Shown here piece by piece: positions 34,854 to 42,571 of a stretch of DNA of 64,000 nt (position 1 is its first letter; each line of letters begins with the position of its first letter). The translations under genes and the position numbers were made by a program. A model generated the notes under the pieces. It did no database searches, was not told the origin of the DNA, and saw only the letters and a list, made by a program, of their open reading frames with translations. This DNA comes from Mayamaea pseudoterrestris (lineage: Eukaryota), in assembly GCA_027923505.1 (NCBI GenBank), contig BROI01000012.1:806001-870000 (forward strand), given 5' to 3'.

Positions 34854-36290
34854 ATGCACCCTCGACTACTTGGCTTCTGTGCGAGTTTTTGTCTGTCATT
34901 GAGGAGTCAGAGTCGCGTTTACTCGCCGTCGTTTGTTTGGTGGAAAGCAGCGGCATTTTCTATTAGCAGCAGTCGCTCGGCATCGGTCGCCAAAATGTCA
35001 TCGCAGCAGCAACCACACACGGCCGCAGAGATTCGCGCCAAGCGTTTGGCAGCCTTGGAAGGTCACTCTATTTCAACCGGAGCTCTAGTAGCAATGTTGC
35101 AGCAGCCGTCAGCAACTGCTAATGGCGGAAGTTCAAAGCGAGAGCAGCCTGACGCTGCAGCAGGAAAGGCTGTCATTGATCTTTGCGACAGCGACGATGA
35201 AGACCAGAAATTATCCGGCAATGAACGAAAACGAAAGCATCCATCGACTGATCGAGACGACAAGCCAAGCAAGGCAAGCAGCAAGAATATTGGAATGACG
35301 TCGTCCAAGTCGGGTGCTGCTGCTTCAAATTCAAGTGCAAATCAATCGACTGCTGCAGCATCAGCATCTTTTTCATCATCCAGCGCAGCAACAACAAGCT
35401 TTCGCTTGATTACGTACAATGTTTGGTTTGGACCAAATGGCGATGCTAATCCGCACTGCGAGGCCCGCATGAAGGCGATTACTCGCTTGTGCGTGGCGGA
35501 GCCGCAAACCTTGTTCATCGGACTACAGGAAGTCACGGATCAAAGTCTGCCAATATTGGCAACGCAGCTGCGAGCGGCGGGTTACGAAACCATTGTACAA
35601 AGCAACGGAGCGCCCTACTATTGCGTCTTGGCGGTGCGTCAGCTTGCGCGAGATGCGCCATTGATGGACGGTGGATGGGTTAGCTATGGGCATTCGCGTA
35701 TGGGACGAGGGTTCTGCTACGCGCGGCTGCGTCTGCAACGCCAAAGTGACGCTCAAGTGATAGTCGCCACGACTCATTTGGAGTCGTATACGGGTAAGGA
35801 GTCTACGGGCGCGCGGGAGCGAGTGGACCAAATGATGGAATTTGGTCAGTGGGCGTGGCAGCAAATGCAGGAACATGCGCACATCAAGTATGCCGTCATT
35901 ATGGGAGATTTGAACTGGGACGATGAGAGTCGAAATCCAAATGATGGACTCATGACGAGCGTGCTGAGTGAATGTGACATGCCGTTCAAGGATGCGTGGT
36001 TGTCGGTTCAGCGCAAAAAGTCGGAAAAGTGCTACACTTACGATCCTCGCGATAATCCCATGCTTGGTGGTAACAACTTGCGGCGACGGTTTGACCGGGC
36101 AATCATCTTTGCGCGCCACGAAACAGCGCATGCGCAGCTGCACGTATTGGGAACCAAACTCATTGGAACGGAGGCGCTGCCCGGACTGACGTTTCAAAAG
36201 CTGAACACTTACACGCAAACATATTTAACGAAGCCTGTGGCTCCCAGCGATCACTTTGGTTTTGTTTCGGAACTTAAATTAGGCCTTTGA
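34854..36290 (+). CDS. TDP2: Tyrosyl-DNA phosphodiesterase 2-like EEP-family phosphodiesterase (copy 1)
   Basis: ITYNVWF, GLQEVT, SRMGR, ATTHLES, IMGDLNW, DAW, YTYD..NPML, RFDR, PSDHFG: the full TDP2 motif set. Second in-frame ATG at 34995. Confidence 0.88.
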   Translation: MHPRLLGFCASFCLSLRSQSRVYSPSFVWWKAAAFSISSSRSASVAKMSSQQQPHTAAEIRAKRLAALEGHSISTGALVAMLQQPSATANGGSSKREQPDAAAGKAVIDLCDSDDEDQKLSGNERKRKHPSTDRDDKPSKASSKNIGMTSSKSGAAASNSSANQSTAAASASFSSSSAATTSFRLITYNVWFGPNGDANPHCEARMKAITRLCVAEPQTLFIGLQEVTDQSLPILATQLRAAGYETIVQSNGAPYYCVLAVRQLARDAPLMDGGWVSYGHSRMGRGFCYARLRLQRQSDAQVIVATTHLESYTGKESTGARERVDQMMEFGQWAWQQMQEHAHIKYAVIMGDLNWDDESRNPNDGLMTSVLSECDMPFKDAWLSVQRKKSEKCYTYDPRDNPMLGGNNLRRRFDRAIIFARHETAHAQLHVLGTKLIGTEALPGLTFQKLNTYTQTYLTKPVAPSDHFGFVSELKLGL

Positions 36291-36490
36291 ATTTACAATA
36301 CAATGTAACAACACCTTTGCTTTGCTAGCTTTCTTTGCGGCGGGTTTCATCTTCGTAAGGACGTCACGCTTGAGTACCGCTACGATGCTAACCTTAATCG
36401 GAATGACGACCCCACGATTTTCTCGTCAACCATGATGAGGTCCACCGTTCGCCGCCACTGCGCAACCATCTAACTCTCCCGTTCACCACC

Positions 36491-38461
36491 ATGAGTACGA
36501 CATCGGCTGCTAGTAAAGCCGCAGAGGTGTCTCCATATAGCGAGACGGAGCTCAAGGAAGCGCTCGAATCGCTCCTCAATGACTCTGTCAATGTACATAA
36601 CGACGCGAAACACTGGTTTGGACATGCCGACCCGAATCACAAGCTAAGCATGCTTCAAACCATTACCGCGACTCGCATTCTCGACTATGAGCGTCACTGC
36701 AATACTTATGGCGAGACAGCAGCGCCATCTATTCAAGATCTACTTGAAGCCGCGCAAGCATTCACCAAGCAGCACGGACCTCGCCTTGACCTTCAGGCTG
36801 TCATTCAGTCGCAGTCACCACGCATGGCGCTCGCGGCTGAATTCAAGCGCGCCTCGCCAAGCAAGGGCCTACTGGCAAGCTCGTCGCAACAGAGGGCGGG
36901 CGATCAAGCGGTCAAGTACTTTGGCGCGGGTGCCGACATTATCAGCGTGCTCACCGAGGAGCGATGGTTCCAAGGGACGTTGCGTGACTTGACGGAGGTG
37001 CGACTGGAAACGGCGAGCGCTGCTGCTGCAAGTTCAAATACTACTTTGACAAGGACTCGACCAGCCATTTTACGCAAGGATTTTGTCATTAGCCGCTACA
37101 TGATTGCCGAAGCGGCGGCAGCTGGAGCAGATACCGTCTTGCTCATTGTCGCCGTTTTGCCGTTGCACTTGCTCAAAGACTTGATTGACTATTGCCGCAG
37201 CTTGGACATGGAACCACTCGTGGAGGTTCACGCCGATGAGGAGCTGGACGTTGCCTTGCAGGCGGGTGCTCGCGTCATTGGTGTGAACAATCGCAATCTG
37301 CATACCTTCCAAATGGACTTGGCAACGTCGGAGCGCGTGGCGGAAACCTTGACACAGCGAAAACTGGCGTTTCAGCACTCACCACCCGCTACGGACGAGC
37401 AATCTCTGCCTCAATACACGCTCTGCGCGTTGTCAGGCATGTCGACTTGTCACGACGTTGACCGATACCGAAAGGCGGGGTTGGGCATGTGCCTAATCGG
37501 CGAGTCGCTCATGCGCGCGGCCGACCCAGAGGCTGCGATTGCCAACTTGTGCTTGCATCCCGACGACTTTGAAAAGCTCATGACGCAGCAAGGTCCACAA
37601 GGTTCCTCTGCAAGCAGTAGCAATGGAAACGGTGGGTCGTATGGCGCGGCGTACACCAAGGGCACGCAGTTAATCAAAGTATGCGGCATCACCAAGCCCG
37701 AGGATGCCTTATGTGCTTGCCAAGCTGGCGCCAATTTGATCGGGGTCATTTTCGCTGAAAATAGTCCGCGGAGAGTAACGCGCGAGCAAGCTGCGGCAAT
37801 TGTCAAAGCTGTTCTATGGTTTGGCGAGCGCGATCATTCCATCAACTGGGACAATCTACCAAATAAGGCATCAACGGCCTTGCCGCACTTGGTACAATGC
37901 TCCGAGTGGCTCATCGACTCGACACGTCGAAAGCCAGTCGTGGTAGGCGTTTTTCAGAACCAGTCGTCGAGCGTAATTCGCGACACTGTTGCTGAGTGTG
38001 GACTCGACTTGGTGCAACTGCATGGGAAGGAAGGCATGGCGGCTGCCAATACAAAGGAGTGTGGAGCGCCTGCTATAAGAGTTGTTGACATTAGCGTGGA
38101 TCCAGAGACTGGAAAATCATCGGCCGATTATGCGGTCGACTCTATACTGAATTCGGCGACGACCGATCCAGTTGCAATTTTGCTCGACACATCCATCAAG
38201 GGGCAGAAGAATGGTGGTGGCACAGGGCTTGCGTTTGACTGGACAATTGCGCAAAGATTACAGGATTGTGGACTACCAGTCATCATTGCTGGCGGACTAC
38301 ACGCCGAGTCGGTTGTGGGCTGCGTTCAAACCATTAGGCCATTTGGTGTCGATGTCAGTTCTGGCGTCGAGGAATCCCCTGGACGAAAAGATCACGACAA
38401 GGTCAAATCATTTGTACATGGTGCTCGAACTGCCGCTGTAGAAGCTAATAAAGGATTTTAA
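36491..38461 (+). CDS. trpCF: Bifunctional indole-3-glycerol phosphate synthase / phosphoribosylanthranilate isomerase
   Basis: IGPS motifs AEFKRASPSKG, ISVLTE, LRKDF, LVEVH, IGVNNRNL, CLIGESLM. PRAI motifs IKVCGIT, VQLHG, GGTGLAFDW, IAGGL, GVDVSSGVE. Confidence 0.96.
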   Translation: MSTTSAASKAAEVSPYSETELKEALESLLNDSVNVHNDAKHWFGHADPNHKLSMLQTITATRILDYERHCNTYGETAAPSIQDLLEAAQAFTKQHGPRLDLQAVIQSQSPRMALAAEFKRASPSKGLLASSSQQRAGDQAVKYFGAGADIISVLTEERWFQGTLRDLTEVRLETASAAAASSNTTLTRTRPAILRKDFVISRYMIAEAAAAGADTVLLIVAVLPLHLLKDLIDYCRSLDMEPLVEVHADEELDVALQAGARVIGVNNRNLHTFQMDLATSERVAETLTQRKLAFQHSPPATDEQSLPQYTLCALSGMSTCHDVDRYRKAGLGMCLIGESLMRAADPEAAIANLCLHPDDFEKLMTQQGPQGSSASSSNGNGGSYGAAYTKGTQLIKVCGITKPEDALCACQAGANLIGVIFAENSPRRVTREQAAAIVKAVLWFGERDHSINWDNLPNKASTALPHLVQCSEWLIDSTRRKPVVVGVFQNQSSSVIRDTVAECGLDLVQLHGKEGMAAANTKECGAPAIRVVDISVDPETGKSSADYAVDSILNSATTDPVAILLDTSIKGQKNGGGTGLAFDWTIAQRLQDCGLPVIIAGGLHAESVVGCVQTIRPFGVDVSSGVEESPGRKDHDKVKSFVHGARTAAVEANKGF

Positions 38462-38631
38462 GCATGTTGTTTTTAAGCTAAAACGTAGTTTATTATGTTC
38501 CCAGTTCGCCTTGGCTTGGTTGCTTTCCCAAAAAATCATCCACGCCAAGTATCCATTTGCCTCCTCCGTAGACCGGTCACATGTAATAGATAAAGGAGTC
38601 ACGGGTTGCCTTGACTCGGCGCAGTTAACAC

Positions 38632-40104
38632 TCATGAGTCGTCAAATTCAAATCCAAGACGCGATACAAATCCGAAATGGTCGCTCGGAGCCACTGCACT
38701 TTCGTTACCGCCCGGTTTGAGAAAGGTGAGACAGCAATTGTTGGCATTGCCCATTAAAGTGCGAGTGCCTAGCAGCTTGTCCGAATTCGTGCCCAAGCAA
38801 AGTAGTTGCTTGTCGGCTGTTCCATCGTTGCGAGCAAACAGCAGTGTCCGATCCAATCTTGACCGCCACTGGTTGTTGCGCATGGGGTTGCGCAAGCCGT
38901 CGTATGTGTAGCAAGTTGCTTTTGGATCGTCAGGTTTCGTCTCGAGCCAGGTATCCTTCCAAACGAGACTGCACTTGCCGCTCAAGACTTGTTCCATTGG
39001 CGGATCGACAGCGTCTCTACCAACATCGTTCCAATTCATATCTCCAGTGAACAAGGCCCAATGCAGATTGTTGTTTTCCGCCATGGCTTGCTCCGCAAAG
39101 GCAACAAACTCGAGTAGCTGCGCGGCTCGCTGAGCCGACCCCGAGTTTCCGCCGTCCGACGCCCGGCCAATCGATTCCATATGAGTGGTCGCCACGAGAA
39201 TCTCTTCCACACGATTCGGCAAGCGACAAACGGCGTAGCAAAAGCCACGACTTTGGTACGTGTAAACGTATGGATAAAAGCCGGATCGTACAAGAACTGG
39301 ATCCTTGGACAGTTGTCGAATGCAAAGCATGCAGCCAAAGCCAGCGTCGCTGAAAAATGACGGCGAAGGCCGACTTTGAAGCAATGAAGAAAGACGTTTC
39401 TTATCACTACTAGTAGCGATTGTATCAATAGGCAAGGGCTCTGCCCTTAGAGGCTGTAGTATTGTTGCATAGCCGGCAGCCTCCATTTCGCGTTTCAGCA
39501 AAACCGCAATCTCGTCGGTACATTCCTGGTAGCCGACAAACAGCATGCGCGGTATCTCCAAAACTTGTCGACAAATCTCCTTCATGCGGATGCTGACATG
39601 GATTGGTTCAAACAGTACGTTCCAAGTGGCGATTTGAAACTCGAGAAACAAAGCGTCACAACTTTGGCTGCCAGTCGATGTTACTCCAGCAGCGAGAGGT
39701 CGTTTACCATTGCGCTTGTTGCGTCGGCGCTTGACTAGAGCAGGTCTAGCAATATTGTGATCGTGCAAATAGTAGTCTTGTAATGCTCGATCGTCCTCAT
39801 CCTCGTCGTCATTTCCGGACTCACTGCTGATACAATTTGAGGCTGCAGTCATCGCTCCCGTCCTCGCATTCGATCTCGTGTCATTGTTATCAATGGGACT
39901 TGCTCCGAGAGCTGCTAGTCGCTGACGTCGAACTAGCTCTGACGCATGCTGCCCAGATCCGAGCTGCTCGTTACTTGTGGCGAGATTGTTGTTGTCATGA
40001 CTGTCATGACGGCGAGGGATAAATTGCGTGGACGAAACCTGCGGCTGGTGCGCTAATCGATTTTGCTGGGTGCGGCTTTGAATCGGCCTCACCGTAAATG
40101 ACAT
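38632..40104 (-). CDS. Tyrosyl-DNA phosphodiesterase 2-like EEP-family phosphodiesterase (copy 2)
   Basis: ATWNVLF, GYQEC, RGFCYA, ATTHMES, FTGDMNW, DTW, CYTYD..NPM, RLDR, APSDHFGFVS; clearly paralogous to 34854-36290. Start ATG at 40104 is inferred; the ORF is open to 40299. Confidence 0.85.
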   Translation of the reverse strand: MSFTVRPIQSRTQQNRLAHQPQVSSTQFIPRRHDSHDNNNLATSNEQLGSGQHASELVRRQRLAALGASPIDNNDTRSNARTGAMTAASNCISSESGNDDEDEDDRALQDYYLHDHNIARPALVKRRRNKRNGKRPLAAGVTSTGSQSCDALFLEFQIATWNVLFEPIHVSIRMKEICRQVLEIPRMLFVGYQECTDEIAVLLKREMEAAGYATILQPLRAEPLPIDTIATSSDKKRLSSLLQSRPSPSFFSDAGFGCMLCIRQLSKDPVLVRSGFYPYVYTYQSRGFCYAVCRLPNRVEEILVATTHMESIGRASDGGNSGSAQRAAQLLEFVAFAEQAMAENNNLHWALFTGDMNWNDVGRDAVDPPMEQVLSGKCSLVWKDTWLETKPDDPKATCYTYDGLRNPMRNNQWRSRLDRTLLFARNDGTADKQLLCLGTNSDKLLGTRTLMGNANNCCLTFLKPGGNESAVAPSDHFGFVSRLGFEFDDS

Positions 40105-40514
40105 CGAGTTCTTCCTCACTGTATTGTATTGATAGTAGGAATTAAGAGCGCGATGAGTGAAATACTCTGCGCATATCAGGCGGTGAAGTCTTTCTTCATG
40201 GTCGCAGCGAATGAAAAAATGTGTCACAATGACGTCGCATTGGTTTTCTTTGTTGTACCGGTGCGACAATTTGAGCGTGACAGCCATCATCATCATCATC
40301 GCGTTGGATCGATTTCAAACTTCACGAAGAACGGCGACAGTCATCCCTCTTGTCCGTATGATACTGCACTAGACGAAAGGGGCCAGTCACTGTATAAGAG
40401 ACATTGTTATATACGAATTGGATAAAGCAGATTGAAAGGAGGAGTTGCGATTGACACCGCCAAGTCGAGAAGGTACAACGCGACACTCGCGCCAACGCTG
40501 CCGCATCATCAATC

Positions 40515-42170
40515 ATGTCGGCTTGCTTTGGAGGTATTCTGTCTCATCGGACTTGTTATTCTACGAGGAGAATGATAATAAGTCGAAGAAAAACGACTAC
40601 ATCATCGACATCGGCCGGCGAGCTGCTGAGAATCGCTGTGGTAGGCGGCGGGGCTGCTGGTCTGTCGTCGGCCTTGCATTTGGCACCCCTCGTTTCGGCA
40701 GGAAAGGTGGCGGCTCCCATTGACGTTTACGATTGTCCAGCGACGCTCCAGAGTGATAGCGATGGTACACCAAAGCGCGATATAGGCGTTGGCATTTGGT
40801 CCACGGCGCTTGATCCATTCTTTCGATCCGATCGGACGAGCCATCAAGTCGTTGGGCAGGAAATGACGAGCCACGGAAATTGGCTCGGAGAGGTTGGCTA
40901 TCGAACACCCAATGGCGCTTGGTTGATGAAGAGTCATTTGCCAACATCTCGGGAAGAAATGGTTGCCAAGAACATGCCTGGTCTACTGTTTCTTCGCGAG
41001 ATAGACATGTTGATGGCACTCGAAAAGGCTGTGCACTGGGAACAACAGATTGGAACCATCCGCCTACATCGAGACGGCAATAAGACTCGCACCACCGGTC
41101 TACAGGAGGATTGCAATTTACCATGGAGCACAAGGTTACGTCTGGACAAGGATGGTCGTCTGTCCGATCGAGACTACCACTTGATCATTGCCGCCGATGG
41201 AACTCATTCAATATTGCGACAAAAGTATGGAGGACATCATCGAACGAGAGCGGTTGGTGCCTTGTCCACTACAATGGAACTGCCACAAGATACTCATGCG
41301 GGGCCAGCTGTGACGTGGCATGACTCCAACCAGCAGCATGCCGTTGGAATACAGGATCGAAACTATACAGTGTTTCGGGGCAACTCGCCACTGACTGGGG
41401 CAGATTTGGGACCCGAAGGATCAACAAGCTTTCAGACATGGGGCGTTGATAGAAGCATGCGCTTTGCGACGGTACCCATGCACTATCGCGGCGTCGCAAT
41501 GAAGGAGGAGGAGAAGCAGGTATGGTTTGTCACCATTAACGATGAAGAAATTACCTCCGAACCAGATCCAATACTTCGTCGAGACAAGATACTGGATGCT
41601 TTTCGAGACTGGCATGATCCCATTGGTCGCATCATTGAAGCTACTCCGCCGAATGAAATTCTCATGACGCGGGCGATTGCCCACCGGCACGCGGTGGGAC
41701 CCGTCACTGACTTTAACACCGTTCTAAAGCAAACCACGGGCAAGAGACCACCAAGCGCTGGCGAAGGGGCTTGTCTACTATTTACTGGTGACGCATGCAT
41801 GACGATAGATCCTATTCTTGCGCAAGGCTTTACTTTTGGCATGGAGGGCGCCTACATGCTTCATGACGCGGTCGAGAAGAGTTGTGTGCCGTGTCCCGCT
41901 GATGCGTTGCTTGGGTTCGACCCATCTTTGTTGCGCGACAACGTCAAGGGTCGTCATGACGGCCGACTGCGTCGTCTCATTTGCCTGCTACAAGCCACCG
42001 AATTGGTGCAGGCACTTGGTCAACCAAATGGTGGCACGCTCATGGGGAAGCTAAACACGAACATTATCCGACCTCTTACACGGCTGACACCAAACTTTAT
42101 CAAGGCGCCAATTTTTGATGCCGTTCTCAAGTATGCTCTTAACTATTCTGGTAAACAATCTTTGCGCTAA
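40515..42170 (+). CDS. FAD-dependent monooxygenase (class A flavoprotein hydroxylase/epoxidase superfamily)
   Basis: Rossmann motif IAVVGGGAAGL, DG motif LIIAADGTHS, GD motif FTGDACMTIDPILAQG. The Arg/Ser/Thr-rich N-terminus resembles a mitochondrial presequence. Substrate not assignable. Confidence 0.88.
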   Translation: MSACFGGILSHRTCYSTRRMIISRRKTTTSSTSAGELLRIAVVGGGAAGLSSALHLAPLVSAGKVAAPIDVYDCPATLQSDSDGTPKRDIGVGIWSTALDPFFRSDRTSHQVVGQEMTSHGNWLGEVGYRTPNGAWLMKSHLPTSREEMVAKNMPGLLFLREIDMLMALEKAVHWEQQIGTIRLHRDGNKTRTTGLQEDCNLPWSTRLRLDKDGRLSDRDYHLIIAADGTHSILRQKYGGHHRTRAVGALSTTMELPQDTHAGPAVTWHDSNQQHAVGIQDRNYTVFRGNSPLTGADLGPEGSTSFQTWGVDRSMRFATVPMHYRGVAMKEEEKQVWFVTINDEEITSEPDPILRRDKILDAFRDWHDPIGRIIEATPPNEILMTRAIAHRHAVGPVTDFNTVLKQTTGKRPPSAGEGACLLFTGDACMTIDPILAQGFTFGMEGAYMLHDAVEKSCVPCPADALLGFDPSLLRDNVKGRHDGRLRRLICLLQATELVQALGQPNGGTLMGKLNTNIIRPLTRLTPNFIKAPIFDAVLKYALNYSGKQSLR

Positions 42171-42373
42171 CTTTGTTGGACTTCGAATTGTCATGCGTCT
42201 TTCTCAATCTCATATCTTGTTGGACATCTGCAATGCGGCAACCCCATGCACCACTATCCAGTGTCCCTACCAAAAGACTCCCATTGTCCTTTCACAGCAT
42301 TCATAACTTTTGGTGTCGCGCGTTGCAACATGTTCCACTCCTTCAAGTTCCACAGCGCCAACCCCCTATGTAG

Positions 42374-42571
42374 TTAGATGGAAGAGAATTTCACACTGCA
42401 GTTCTACACTTTAAATGACTTTGGATCTTTAATAAGTCACAAAGCTATACATTAGTGATTGGTGCATCGTAAATTAAAAATAATGTTATGGGGACTCGAA
42501 CCCAAATTTGCCGAAGCTGTCCCCATTACGAAGAAGCAAAAGTAGTCAACAGTAGCAGATGTTATGCTGTT
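42374..42571. repeat. 198-bp non-satellite 'head' of the 169-bp array, copy 1
   Basis: ttagatggaagagaatttcacac...gttatgctgtt reads identical to 46591-46788 (offset 4217). Confidence 0.95.

Noticed and set aside
11594..41842. Many antisense and overlapping ORFs in the gene island, and long 5' extensions from TTG/GTG starts (e.g. 25320, 25409, 33146)
   Set aside because: They are shadows of real CDSs in ~50% GC coding DNA and show no recognisable motifs. Eukaryotic initiation is taken at ATG.
36491..42170. Biosynthetic gene cluster (TrpCF plus FAD monooxygenase, with a distant methyltransferase) for an indole metabolite
   Set aside because: No scaffold-forming enzyme is present, the genes are interleaved with unrelated repair genes, and predicted localisations differ.
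10658..42419. 11-bp inverted repeat (gtcatttaaag at 10658-10668 / ctttaaatgac at 42409-42419) as terminal inverted repeats of a gene-carrying transposon
   Set aside because: Short AT-rich match that does not extend. There is no target-site duplication or transposase, and the cargo is ordinary intron-containing housekeeping genes.
42484..42556. Functional tRNA gene on the minus strand
   Set aside because: Only the T-arm/B-box and a weak acceptor pairing are present; U8, A14, G18-G19, U33 and an anticodon stem are missing. Kept only as a B-box finding.
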